A stretch of DNA of 64,000 nt from Octopus sinensis (Eukaryota), in NCBI RefSeq assembly GCF_006345805.1, contig NC_043013.1, forward strand, positions 5,146,001-5,210,000. The letters are read 5' to 3'. This document shows, piece after piece, positions 38,401 through 53,339 of this stretch. The position numbers and the translations under genes were made by a program. The notes below the pieces were generated by a model that saw only the letters and a list, made by a program, of their open reading frames with translations, was not told the DNA's origin and did no database searches. How positions within the stretch are numbered: the stretch's first letter is position 1; each line of letters begins with the position of its first letter.

Positions 38401-41400
38401 GGCAAGCATCTCCTGTTAGGCTTTCATCATATTTGATGGGTGAACCATCACCTATTGGCATAACTGCAGACAGATGCTGGACATACTCACAAGGAATGGG
38501 GATCAGAATATAAATGAGATGGTTGAGTAAAAGAAAAGAGAGCCATGGATGGTGGAAAGTGCCAGGGCATACCCTTGAGGTTTAAATGCCAATATAGATG
38601 GCAGGATATTGTGAAGGGAGTGTCATTAAAGAGTGCGAGTAAGTGGTGAAAGACCTGGGTATATACAGAGTTGGAAGGGCTACCGGATAGCAATGATACA
38701 GAGGTGTGAGGACAGGATTGTGCAGTGAGAGCTAGGCATAGTGTATTTTTTTATTTATGCGCCCTTTTCAAGCCTAGCCAGACTTATGTGCCTGTTTTCC
38801 CGGTTTCTGTGGTGTATGTGTTCCCCTCAGCTGGATGGGACGCCAGCCCATCGCAGCGTTCCTCAAGAAACAGGAAGAGAGAGTGAGAGAAAGTTGTGGC
38901 GAAAGAGTACAACAGGGGTCACCACCACCCCCTGCCGGAGCCTCTTGGGGCTTTTAGGTGTTTTCGCCCAATAAACACACAACGCCCAGTCTGGGAATCG
39001 AAAATGCAATCTTCCGACCGCGAGTCCGCTGCCCTAACCACTGGGCCATTGTGCCGCCTTAGGCATAGTGTATGAAGGAGGAAATGTGAGAAAGAGACGT
39101 AGATTGGTTTGTTGAGGTAGGGTGAGGGAAAAGTTTTCTTACGTGTGGGTGGAACATGCAGGTCAGGGGGGTGGGCTAGGGGCTAGCAGACAGTAATAAT
39201 AGAGTGAGGGGTAGAACACACAGGGAGCAAGCAGAGAGCAATGATACAAGAGGACAGGATTGGGGCGTGGGAAGTAATCAGGGTACATGAAGTGAAAATG
39301 TAAGGAAGAAAAGAGATTTCGAGATGTAGTTTGGTTTGTTGTGGTGGGGTGTGAGAAGGTTTCTTGTTTGTTTCTAAATGGCTAAATTGTGTTGTCCATA
39401 TGACAAATGCTTAACCCTTTAGCATTTAAACCAGTCATATCTGGCCAAAATATTCTATTTGTTTTATGTTTATACTGGCCAGATCTGGTCCCTCAAACCT
39501 ACCCCACAATGTCATATTTGCCGACGATATCAAACTGGTCGCTCCTCGCGGTGATATAGAGGATCTTCGTCGATGCCTCCACCAAATTTGGAAGTGGTCT
39601 AACAAATGGGACCTGTGTCTGAACGTGTCAAAGTGCTGTCATCTGTCTGTTGGCTCTCCTCCTGCAACTCAACTTGATTTCGAGCCAGGTCGTCTGCTGC
39701 TGGAGAGGACCGATCAGGTAAAGGACCTGGGTATCTTGGTGGATTCCTCCTTTTCGCCTTCGGCCCAGTGCGTCCATGCTGCCAACAAAGCACGCGGAAT
39801 TCTGTTCTTGATTCGACGGTCATTCGGAATGCTCACAGCAGCCATATTCCTACCACTCTATGTCACGCTGGTGAGACCCATATTGGAGTACAGGATTCAA
39901 GCCTCTTCTGCTTATCTCCTCAAAGACATACAGCATCTCGAAAGAGTCCAGAAGCTGGCTACCCGCATGGTTCATGGTCTCAAAAATTTGTCCTACGAAG
40001 AAAGGCTGAGGACGCTCGACCTTTACTCTCTTGAAAAACGACGACGCCGTGGTGATCTCATTCTCGCCCACAACATCATAAGCGGAAAGTGTAACCTCTC
40101 GAAAGAGCTGTTCTTCACTCCTGCTCCAGAGCGTCGGCTGCGGAGTCATTCCGAAAAGCTCTGCCTGCGACGATTTCATCTCAATCGAAGGAGAGGAGCT
40201 TTCTCCGTCCGGGTTGCGGATCCGTGGAACAAGCTGCCAGACGAGATGGTGAAGATGCCGACGACCGCTTTGTTCAAAGCCTCCCTTGACCTCAAGTGGC
40301 CTGAACTCTTTACATGAACACCACCCTGTACATAACTCCATGTCCCCCTACATGGCCTTGCTATTTGCTTTTGAGCCAAATTAGCTAACTAACTAACATA
40401 CTAAAAGTAAACAAAATAAAAAAATCTCAAATCTATGTTTTCCAATCCCCTTTCTTGCCTTCACTGCCCTGTACCCTGTATCGCTGCTCTCCACACCCCC
40501 AACACCTACATCCTACTTTCTAACCAGGTTCAATGCTCATATTCTTGTTACTTGTGAGTATACCCTAGCACTACACCATCTCTCTTCTGCTCTCTCTTAC
40601 ACTTTTGCTGTTTCTGATTCTCTCTCTCTCTTTCCTTTTTGTCACTCTGTCTCTCCTCTTGTTTTCCCTCAGCCAAGGTAACCAAGTACCTCCTTTACAT
40701 CTGCACACTTGCTTCTGGCCTCTTTCTTGTACCCTCCTCTCTCTCTCTCACTGGGTAACCATCCGCCTCCTCTACAGCAAGACACCTATTTCTGCCTCTC
40801 TATTTCTCTGTTACACTCTAACCTTTCATCATCTGATACTGCATCACCTCCTCTAATGACCCCCACCACCACCACCACCCTGTTGTGGCAAGACACCTGC
40901 TTCTGTCTCTCTGTCACACTCTAACTTTTCATCCTCCGACACAAGTTCCTGTCCTCAAATGCCCCTGACCCTTCTCGTAATTCCTTGTCTTGTGAGTTAC
41001 TTGGTTACCCTGTCAGTGCTGGTGCCATGTTAAAAGCATCCAATCCCCACTTTAACGTGGTTGGCATTTGGAAGGGCATCCAGCTGTAAAAATCTTGCCA
41101 AAGCTAATCTCGCCTGTGCTAGTGCCACGTAAAAAACCCTGAATCCACTCTGTGTAGTGGTTGGTGTTAGGAAGGGCAGCCGGCCATAAAATCCTGCCAA
41201 AACAGACACAGTAGCCTAGGGTAGTTTTTCTACCTGGTTGGTTCCTGTCATCCATCCTACCCATGCATGCATGGAAGATGGACATTAAACAATGATGATG
41301 ATAAGATAATGCTTGATTGCCCCAAATCAACCTGACTAAATAAGTTTTATACTTGACAGAATAATTTGAATGCCAAAGGGTTCAGTTTCAACACACAATT

Positions 41401-44400
41401 ACACCTGGAAAACACTTGTGATGTAATTACATCTCCAATCACATGGTTCCAGGTTCAGTCCCACTGTGTGGCACCTTGGGCAAGTGTCTCTTCTACTATA
41501 GCCTTGGGCTGACCAAAACTTTGTGAGTGGATTTGGTAGATGAAAACTGAAAGAAGCCCATTATGAGTATCTGTGTGTTCGTTGTGTTTACATCTCTGTA
41601 ACCTAGCAGTTCAGCAAAAGAGACCATGAGAATATGTACCAGTTGAATGGTTTCACCAGAGGTGGCAAGCTGGAAAGCTGCACCAGGTTCCAGTCTGATT
41701 TGGTTTGGTTTCTACAGTTAGAAGCCCCTCCTAATGCCAACCACCGTACAGGGCTTAACTATGTCAGGGGGTGTACAAGGTTAGTAAAGATATGCTTCAT
41801 CTATGATGTCATCATCATCATCATCATCGTTTAACGTCCGTTCTCCATGCTAGCATGGGTTGGACGGTTCGACCGGGGTCTGGGAAGCCAGGGGCTGCAC
41901 CAGGCTCCAGTCTGATCTGGCAGAGTATCTACAGCTGGATGCCCTTCCTAACGCCAACCACTCTGCGAGTGTAGTGGGTGCTTTTTATGTGCCACCTGCA
42001 CAGGTGCCAGGGGGGTCCGGCATCGGCCACGATCGGTTGGAGCTTTTAACGTGCCACCGGCACAGAAGCCAGCCAAGGCAGTGCTGGCAACGGCCTATTC
42101 CACTCATTATACTACAGATATAAAAATATTGCTTACTTTAATAATTTCAACTTTTCTCTGCCAAGTTGTCTTCATTTTCTGCAGTTCTCTCAGTTTAGCA
42201 GACTCGGTGACGAAATCCATGACAGCTGGAACCTGATAGTCCGATAAATGTTCCTTTAAATTTTCGTTTGTCTTCTCTGCTTGTAGTTTTTGCTGGAATA
42301 TGAATGACAGCATGATAATAACAACAATAATAAGAACAACTGCAGCAGTCTTTTCTACAATAAGCACAAAGCCTGAAATTTTTAAGAATCCCATACTTTT
42401 CCTCTAGGTTGAATTTTCTCATTAGTAGAGACAGAATCCCCTCCAAAAAGGCAAAAATTGCCTGATTCCAATGAATATGTTTGCTGAAACTTGCATCCAC
42501 CACATAACAACCTCCCACAATTCAAGGCTGGGATTTTTTATCATTTGAGCTTCCCTCCTCTTGGTATGTTCAGTCTAGGACTCTTTACTCTTTTACTTCT
42601 TTCAGTCATTTGACTGCGGCCATGCTGGAGCACCGCCTTTAGTCGAGCAAATCGACGCCAGGACTTATTCTTTGTAAGCTTAGTACTTGTTCTATCGGTC
42701 TCTTTTGCCGAACTGCTAAGTGATGGGGACATGAACACACCAGCATCAGTTGTCAAGCGATGTTGGGAGGACAAACACACACACACATATATATAGACGA
42801 CAGGCTTCTTTCAGTTTCCGTCTACCAAATCCACTCACAAGGCTTTGGTCGGCCCGAGGCTATAGTAGAAGACACTTGCCCAAAGTGCCACGCAGTGGGA
42901 CTGAACCCGGAACCATGTGGTTGGTAAGCAAGCTACTTACCACACAGCCACTCCTGCGCCTATGTTCATTTTTATATTCACAGCTAGCCTTCATATCTGA
43001 AGGCCCTTCCACTATTCACTGCCTGGGGCCCAGGTGGATGGCTCAAATAATGGCTGAGCCAAACTTCTACAATACTCGTTCTATAGTAGCATTCTTTTTG
43101 TGCACAGAGCATATCTTTCTGCTGGTTTCCGCTGTTTTCTTGTCTTTTTTAAAATAAAAACGCATTCGGTGTTAATGATATTTATTTTGGTTCTTCATTC
43201 TCGGAATGATCCCAAGTACACAAAATACAACTTGTGTCTTCACAAATTCATGTCAAACTATAGTGAAGTGTCAAGTATCTAATACAGTGGTTCCCAAAGT
43301 GGGTAGTATTGCTCCCCCTCTTGGGGTAGTGGAAAGTTCCAAGGGGGCATTGAAGAAAAGTAGGGCGATAATGGGATAGCAATTCATATAAAAACAATAT
43401 AAAGGATTCGTTATGTCATGTTTGAGAAGGAGACCCATCAAGCTGAGCTAAATCACAGTCGTGGCAGATACTGGTGTCATGCAAATGTCACCTGTGCCAG
43501 TGGAATGTAAAATCACCCATTACACTCTTGGAGTGGTTGGCATTAGGAAGGGCATTCAGACATAGAAACTTTGCTAAATCAGACTGGAACCAGGTGCAGC
43601 ACCCCAGCTTACCAATTTCATTTATGAAATACAGTTGCTTTGAATTTGCTTCAGAAAGAGGTCTATGTTTGCGATGGCTTGTTGGGGTAGGGACTCTAAG
43701 AATGTGGCCTGGGTGACAAGGGAGCAGCAGCCAGAAAAAAAAGTTTGGGAACCACTGGTCTAATGAGTGCATATGCAGAAGGGATTGACCAAATATAGTT
43801 ACAATAGAGTGGTTGAAATTTTTGCGTCAACAAACACCAAATGACCGTTTAGCCAACCCAATATTTGCACAGAGCAGTTTAAACAAACAGCGTGACACAT
43901 AACCAGCATTCCCATTCACGTGTCGTAATTATATCCCCTCGTTAAGAAACCCCGAGTTACAGTGTAATGGAAAGTATATTTTGAAAACAAACAAAACACA
44001 AGAGATTGTTTACATTTATAAGGTACTAGCAGTATCGCCCGGCGTTGCTCGGGTTTGTAAGGGAAATAACTATATAAGCATTTTTAGAGATGTAAAGTAT
44101 AATAGCCATCTCAATATGGCTAACCACAAAAGGTGGGGAGTGTTACTGTAGCTTTTTACGTTCTGAGATTTAATAATAATAATTTTTTTAGAGAGTTACT
44201 TCCCTTATATATGCTAAAAATGCATTAAAAATGGGAAAAATTGATGGTAAATTTTTTATTAAAATCGTAGACTCATCGTAGACACACGCTAATACCCAGA
44301 AGGGCTCGATATGAATCACGACTATGTGATACCCAGTTTTGGTTAAACTGCACCGCAAAATGTGGGAGTAGTTAGGAATCTAAATCGTAGGAGACAGACA

Positions 44401-47400
44401 GCACACAACCTCACTTTTATATATAAAGAAGATTTTAGCACTAAAACATCTTATGAACAACCATGTTTTGTTTTGTTTTGTTTTATATCTCTTATTATAA
44501 AAGGCAGATTTTATCTGCCTCCCTTTGTAACTTATAGAAATCTACAATATAGGATTTCTTCAATTACAATTTACCTAGCATTTTTAAGAGTAGAATGCAT
44601 CGGGTCATGCCAGGTCCAGTTTTTAAAATTTAAACTCCAATTAAGCAAAATTTACAGAAAACTCACATTCTGGTGTGTATGTCAAATGCTTTTCTTAATG
44701 TGGTTTACACCACACGCACATGCACACACACAGTGTGCAACAAATAAAATGAAAGTAAATAGCGACAGAGTGATTTGAGGAAGACTAAACTGAAAGTATT
44801 TAAACCACTACTTAAAAATAAAAAAACACAGCAAACAGAAACAAATAAATACATAACAATTTACTCCTCACACAATTTCTTCAATTAGAGTTTACCTAAG
44901 ATTTTTCAAAGTACTCCATTCGGTCATGCCATAACAAATTTCTTTCAATTTCACCCCCAATTAAGACAAAATTCGAGAAAACTCAATATTTTAACATTTC
45001 ACTCCGAAAGCATTGATGTACATGTGTGCGTGCGTGAGTGTGTGTGTGTGTGTGTGTGTGTTTGATGGGTTGTGCAACACAGAAAGTGTGGTGTGTAAGT
45101 GAAGTGCTTTTGTTAGTGTGTGTAAAGAGACAGACAGAGTGAAAGACAGAAATAACTGAACTTTTTTTATTCACTTTTTGTAGTGAGTGACTGAGAGAGA
45201 AAAGAGAGAGAGAGGTTATGTATGTATATATGTATGTATGGCTTCAGTGACACACACACACAAAAACACATACCTACGTACACCTAAAGCACGCACACAC
45301 ACACACACAAGCGGAGCGCGAACTTCAAAATTTTGGTAGTATTAATTTGCGAGCGTACTTCTAAGCGCGTGTAATTGAAATTTTTCACTATGATATCATC
45401 ACGTGCGAAAAAATTCGAAGGGTTTTGAACAATTGAGATACAGATGTCACGCCTGTATTGAAACCATTGCTAAGCTGCCGTAATTGCTTAATTAAGACTT
45501 TGTTTAAATTGAAAGGGGCAAATATGTGACGAGGTTGAAAAAAAATACCCCAGAAAAAAAAATGTACTGCTGGTATTTATATAATTCACTACTATTTTGC
45601 TACAATGTCATGAAAAAGAAAAAATTTAGGTATGTAAATCGAATTCGCCACCCCCTTTTCCCCGTTCGCGTTTGTGTAAAAAAAATTATTATTTAAGTTT
45701 TAAAAATTATTTACTTTGTTCAAAAAATATTAATATTAATTAATTTTCAAGAATTATTTAATTTTATTCTGTAAAATAGTAATTAATTCATTTATCTGTA
45801 AATCCGCGAGGTTGTTACTCAGGCACCTAGAATGGTAACCTTCAACTAACACTATCTCCTCCGAGACCCTGCGGCGCAAGTTGACCAAAATTGAGAGTAT
45901 GGTAGAAGAAGGGTTGCTCTTCCTTCCGTAGAACATAAAATTCAAATCGGACCATGTTAACACCAAAAATTATTTACATCAAAAAGATGCTTTTTTCTAT
46001 GAAAATCCCTATTTTTTACGATTTTTTCACTGCTGTGTCGCCACTTTTCGGTGTATTTCGATCAGAAAAATGTTCACAAAATTTTTACTTTTCAAAATTA
46101 CAATTCCAGCGGGTTGAAACAAACCCGAGCAACATCATTTAACGTCCATTGTCCATGTTGTATGTGCTGGACAGTTTGACCAGGGCTGACAAGCTGGAAG
46201 GTTGCACCAGACGCCAGTCTGATTTGGCATGGTTTTCTTTGGCTGGATGCCCTTCCTAACACCAACCACTCCAAGAGTGTAACGGGTGTTTTTACGTGCC
46301 ACTGGCACGGGTGCCATTTGTGTGACACCAGTATCTGCCATGACTGCGATTTTGCTCAGCTTGATGGGTCTTCTTCTCAAGCATGACATAATGCCAAAGG
46401 TCATTGCCTCCATGAGGCCCAACACTTGAAAGGAACTCAACGACTTGGCCTCCGTGAAGCCCAGCGCTTGAATGGATCTTGCCTCTATGAGGCCCAATGC
46501 TTGAAAAGAACTCAGCCACTTTGCTTCTGTGAAGCTCAACGCTCAAAAGTTGCTCTTTACGCACCACCAGCACGGGAGCCAGTTACATGACACCACCATC
46601 AGCCATGACTACGATTTCACTTGGCTTCGTGGGTCTTCTCAAACACAACATATTGCCAAAGGTCTTGATCACCGGTCATTGCCTCTGCGAGCCTCAAAGT
46701 TCAAAGATCATGCTTCACCACCTCGTTCCTCGTCTTCCTGGGTCTACCTCTACCACAGGTTCCCTCCACAGTTAGAGATCGGCACTTCTTCACACCACTG
46801 TCCTCATCCATATGCATCACATAACCATACGAGCGCAGTCGTCTCTCTTGCATACCACTTCATAAGTTCTGGGAACGTAAACACCAACACCGGCTGTCAA
46901 GGGTGATGGGGGACAAATAAACACAAGGACACACACACACATATATGTTAGAAAAAATGAGGTACTCAGAAATCTGGATGGTTTTATATATACATAATAA
47001 TAACTAAAATAATATTATAATCCAATTTAAAGTAAAAACTATGCTATTTCCTAATATATAATAAGTGGCCTAAATGGGTATTATACATTAGAATCATATA
47101 TTTGGCAAAAGTTGGAAAAGATTTAGACAAAACTTTCGATAGAAATAGAAAGTATCAGGAGTGGCTGTGTGGTAAGTAGCTTGCAAACCAACCACATGGT
47201 TCCGGGTTCAGTCCCACTGCATGGCATCTTGGGCAAGTGTCTTCTGCTATAGCCCCAGGCCAACCAATGCCTTGTGAGTGGATTTGGTAGACGGAAACTG
47301 AAAGAAGCTTGTCGTATATATGTATATATATATATATGTGTGTGTGTGTTCGTCCCCCTAGCATTGCTTGACAACCGATGCTGGTGTGTTTACGTCCCCA

Positions 47401-47936
47401 TCACTTAGCAGTTCGGCAAAAGAGATCGATAGAATAAGTACTGGGCTTACAAAGAATAAGTCCCGGGGTTGATTTGCTCGACTAAAGGCGGTGATCCAGC
47501 ATGGCCGCAGTCAAATGACTGAAACAAGTAAAAGAGTATATATGTATGTATGTGTGTATCTATGTACATATACATATCTATGTGTACGTGTGTGTGCGCG
47601 CATGTATGTATGTATGTATGTATATGTATCTTAATCAACCAACTGTAACTAAGACAATGAAATTCAAATGTGTCAACCAATTGGAATTAGCTTGGGATTG
47701 TAAATAATCTCTCCCCTACCCCCCACCCGCCATAAGATTTCCAACCACTGAAATATTATATTAATAATAACGTAAGCATAGCTCGTAACGGCCCATCCCT
47801 TATCTCTTGATCTCTGAACTCTATGTATGTACATGCATATATCTTTTGTATGATGTAAAAGGATAAAATCTCTTTATATATGTATTAGTGGATGTTTATG
47901 CGCATGTATGTATATGTATATGCATGTGTTTGTTAC

Positions 47937-47983
<47 letters not shown>

Positions 47984-50900
47984 CAGAATAAGACTGAAGT
48001 TTCGATTTTGACTGTATGATATATGAATATAATGACATTATTTGTTGAATTAATGTGCTTGCATCTTTCATAAGCATCTGTCTATATATTATGTTATACT
48101 ATATTATATTATGTTATACTATATTATATTATGTTATACTATATTATATTATACTATATTCTATGTGGTATTTTCCATTTACTATGTATTGTGAATAGCA
48201 GAATGCACATAATCTAATATTAGCATTATTAATAATAATATTAATAGTTTTGGTAATGTAATGAACATTGTATATGTACCCATTGATGTGGATGTATATG
48301 TATACTCCAGTATATATATTTGATTATCTGTAAACTTATGTGTATGTATATTATTATATATATACTTATATATATGTATATACACTTATGTGTATATACA
48401 TATTCTTGTGTATGTGTATTTTGTTTCATATTTATATTTGCATTTTTATAATTGTACTTTATAATCTCTGATGAGGCCTTGAGATATATATATAAGTAAC
48501 TCATTTTTAACTGCATATTACCTCAATACATCTGACTAATATAGGCAAAATGAGATACCTTTATCTACAGGCTGAAACAGCTGTAAGATCCATTTTATGT
48601 GTATTTTTCTTATGGTATTATTTACATATTGATGTATATTGTTTTATTGGATTTGGATGTTCCTATTTATGTAGTTAATAAATAATATGAATTGGTAATA
48701 TCTGTAAGTTGATGATTGAAATGAATTTGTTCCTCCATTTTCTTATTTGTATATATATATATATATATATATATACAACAGGCTTCTTTCAGTTTCCGTC
48801 TACCAAATCCACTCACAAGGCTTTGGTCAGGCCGAGGCTATAGTAGAAGGCACTTGCGCAAAGTGCCACGCAGTGGGACTGAACCCAGAACCATGTGGTT
48901 GGTGAGCAATAAATTTATTATTTTATATTTCTGCTGATGTTGAAAAACAGATGCACAAACTATTCAACATCAACCCCTATAAATCTCAGCAGATGGAGAC
49001 AAGATACAAAGAGTCAGGGTTATTAACTGCTCCTTCTTTTCTCCCTACAACAACATGAAAAGGCACCAACATACTTCTGTGACCTGCTCAAATTCAGCAT
49101 CAATTTTAGCTTGAAGATCTTCTTGGATCTTGATTTCTGTTTCAAGTTTCTTTGATTCTGTCATCAATTCTTGAAGTTTTCTCTGCAAAATATTCATGAG
49201 AACAACAAGCAAAATGGCAAGTTAAAAGATAAGAGATGAAAGTATTAACTCTACTGACAAGTGATGTTTGCTGTCACTTCAACATGGCTGTTCAGTACAA
49301 ACCGACATTACTACTGAGAGGAGGCTTCCTCTAACTGGTTATCGATGCAATCTGCACCTAACATATATTACAAGTAGGGGAGCGAACCCCTATCATCTTT
49401 TAACAACTGGACAGGATGATGTGGCATCTAATTAAGTTTTAGTAATTATTTATTATATATTTATAGGGAGACAAACTAGAAGTAGTTGATAGCTTCCGCT
49501 ACCTTGGAGACCAAGTTAGTAGCGGGGGTGGGTGTGCTGAAAGTGTAACTGCTAGAGTAAGAATAGCCTGGGCAAAGTTTAGGGAGCTCTTACCCCTGCT
49601 GGTGACAAAAGGCCTCTCGCTCAGAGTAAAAGGCAGACTTTATGATGCATGTGTACGTACAGCCATGCTACATGGTAGTGAAACATGGGCCGTGACTGCT
49701 GAGGATATGCGTAAGCTCGCAAGAAATGAAGCCAGTATGCTCCGATGGATGTGTAATGTCAGTGTTCATAATCGTCAGAGTGTAAGTACCTTGAGAGAAA
49801 AGTTGAACCTAAGAAGCGTCAGTTGTGGTGTGCAAGAGAGACGGCTGCGCTGGTATGGTCATATGACGAGAATGGCTGAAGATAGTTGTGTGCAAAAGTG
49901 CTACACCCTAGCAGTTGAGGGAACCTGTGGAAGAGGTAGACCCAGGAAAACCTGGGACGAGGTGGTGAAGCACGACCTACGAACTTTAGGTCTCACCAAG
50001 GAAATGACTAGAGACCGAGACCTATGGAAGTATGCTGTGCGTGAGAAGACCCGGCAAGACTAGTCAGGCCATAACCCGTGGCCCCTACCTAGGACGTAGT
50101 CAGTCCACCTGTGCATACCTTCCTTCTTGTGACACTTGTGAAGACCTGTTGAGGCAAGTGAAAATCAAACAAAATCAAAATAGATGAACATCAATGGAAT
50201 TTGTATCTTTGTGGTACCAGTGCCGGTGGCACACAAGAATACCATCCGAACGTGGGCGTAGCCAGTACCGCACCGACTGGCCTCCATGCTGTGGGCACGT
50301 AACAATCACCATCCAATCGTGGCCGATTGCCAGCCTAATATGGCTCCTGTGTCGGTGGCACATAAAAAAACACCATCCGAGCGTGGTCGTCTGCTAGCCT
50401 TGTCTGGCACCTGTGTCGGTGGCACATAAAAACACCATCCGAGCGTGGCCGTTCGCCAGCCTCGTCTGGCACCTGTGTCGGTGGCACATAAAAACACCAT
50501 CCGAGCGTGGTCGTCTGCTAGCCTTGTCTGGCACCTGTGTCGGTGGCACATAAAAACACCATCCGAGCGTGGCCATTCGCCAGCCTCGTCTGGCACCTGT
50601 GTCGGTGGCACATAAAAACACCATCCGAGCGTGGCCGTTCGCCAGCCTCGTCTGGCACCTGTGTCGGTGGCACATAAAAAACACCATCCGAGCGTGGTCG
50701 TCTGCTAGCCTTGTCTGGCACCTGTGTCGGTGGCACATAAAAACACCATCCGAGCGTGGCCATTCGCCAGCCTCGTCTGGCACCTGTGTCGGTGGCACAT
50801 AAAAACACCATCCGAGCGTGGCCATTCGCCAGCCTCGTCTGGCACCTGTGTCGGTGGCACATAAAAACACCATCCGAGCGTGGTCGTCTGCTAGCCTTGT

Positions 50901-51602
50901 CTGGCACCTGTGTCGGTGGCACATAAAAACCATCCGAGCGTGGCCGTTTGCCAGCCTCATCTGGCACCTGTGTCGGTGGCACATAAAAAACACATCCGAG
51001 CGTGGTCGTCTGCCAGCCTTGTCTGGCACCTGTGTCGGTGGCACATAAAAAACACATCCGAGCGTGGCCGTTCGCCAGCCTCATCTGGCACCTGTGTCGG
51101 TGGCACATAAAAAACACCATCCGAGCGTGGTCGTCTGCCAGCCTTGTCTGGCACCTGTGTCGGTGGCACATAAAATCACCCACTACACTCTCGGAGTGGT
51201 TGGCGTTAGGAAGGGCATCCAGCTGTAGAAACACTGCCAGATCTGACTGGCCTGGTGCAGCCTTCGGGCTCCCCAGACACCAGTTGAACCGTCCAACCCA
51301 TGCTAGCATGGAGAGCGGACGTTAAATGATGATGATGATGATGATGATGATTCTGGATGAATGAATTAACCTTTGTTTACCATTAACATGGAAAATTCAA
51401 TAAACAGTTACCAGGGTAACAAAATTCACGCAAGTAACAAGGATGTAGCGACCTATTCAAAGGTAGAAACTCCGGGTTAATGTGCAATAATTTGTATAGT
51501 ATAAGTAAATAAATGGAGTTGAACACAGGTGTTATTCAAATTCTTTTACTTTCGACATATGTTTCGAAGACAACATTGATTTTATTCCAAAGGAATTATT
51601 TA

Positions 51603-51639
<37 letters not shown>

Positions 51640-53018
51640 GCGCAGGCTGTGTGGTAAGTAGCTTGCTTACCAACCACATGGTTCCGGGTTCAGTCTCACT
51701 GCGTGGCACCTTGGGCAAGTGTCTTCTACTATAGCCTCGGGCCGACCAAAGCCTTGTGAGTGGAAGAAGTTCGTAGTATATATGTATGTGTATATATATG
51801 TGTGTGTGTGTGTGTTTGTGCGTCTGTGTTTGTCCCCCCCCCCAACACCACTTGACAACCAATGCTGGTGTGTTTACATCCCCGTAGCTTAGCGATTTGG
51901 CAAAAGAGACTGATAGAATAAGTACTAGGCTTACAAAGAATAAGTCCTGTGATCGATTTGCTTGACTAAAGGCAGTACTCCAGCATGGCCACAGTCAAAT
52001 GACTGAAGCAAGTAACAGAATATATATATAAGTATATATGTCGGGTGCAGACTGCATCAATAACCAGCCAGGGGAAGCTTCCTGTTGGGGTTAAAAAATG
52101 CTAAGTAATATCAGTTCGTACAGAATAGCCATATTGAAGCAGCAAAAAACATTCAGGAGAATGTTGTTTTGTCATTCCTTTCCTTAGTAACTCTAACAGT
52201 TGATTATCTAAAAAAAAAAGTTGTAGCAAATAAACGTTAGATAAATCAAGCCTTCTTCATATAGGCTGCATATTGTGGTGAACTACGTCTATTAACATTA
52301 TGATGGATCTCCAAGCCCCCCCCACCACCACCACCACCACAGAAACAACTGTTGGACTTATAATACCATTCTTCCTCCCCTTTAATTTTCTCTGTTGTTT
52401 TGTACTTTGTGTAAATTTGATCAATGAGTCATCAACATCAAAAAATCAAATGGAAATTGTAGTTGTGATACCTGTGCTGGTGGCACGTAAAAAGCACCAT
52501 CCAGACGTGGCTGATGCCAGCACCACCTTGACTGGCTTCCGTGCCGGTGGCACGTAAAAAGCACCAACCAATCATGGCCGTTGCCAGCCTCCCCTGGCAA
52601 GTAAAAAGCACCCGCTACACTCACGGAGTGGTTGGCTTTAGGAAGGGCATCCAGCTGTAGAAACACTGCCAGATCAGACTGAAGCCTGATGCAGCCTCCT
52701 GGTGGGTAGGGTATCATTGGACACGGATTTTCGAAGGCCAATGATACCCTACACACCTATTTGATTATGAAGATTTACAAACATACTTTCTCAGTGAAAC
52801 TCAATACACCCACCATAATAGATAATACCAAATGTACATTTTCGGATTTTTCATAATGTGATGGAAGTCTTTGGCATAGCAATTGCATGCAGCTGAAGAG
52901 AGCTTTAAACCATCTGTTATGTCGATTATACATTGATGTAAGAATAGGTTGTTTTATAAAGCTTGAAACACGTGTACCGTGACATCCTTTGTGTTCTGTT
53001 TTTTATTTCATTTGATGC

Positions 53019-53108
<90 letters not shown>

Positions 53109-53286
53109 TCGCCATGCTAGATCGCTAGCCACTAAACCTTTTTTTATTTTCTCTCTCTGTTTATTTCTGTCAAAGAGCATAGACTCGAAACGTAAAAGAC
53201 TATCTCACTTCCCAAGCATTAAACTAATACATCTGTTTGTTGTTTACACACCCATCTTTGTCTTTTGTTTTTTTGTAAATTCTCAC

Positions 53287-53339
<53 letters not shown>

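Noticed and set aside
38950-39059. tRNA gene
   Set aside because: It is the tRNA-like head of a SINE with a body, A-tail and 13-bp TSD, and has no complete acceptor stem.
50394-51309. 216-aa and 263-aa ORFs
   Set aside because: Translations of the 62-bp tandem repeat on the antisense strand of the LINE UTR.
53164-53198. Hammerhead-like motif ctgtcaaa-gagcatagactc-gaaacgta
   Set aside because: The core reads CUGUCAA rather than CUGANGA and stem II is only 3 bp. It is probably a decayed or variant motif and is not called as a ribozyme.
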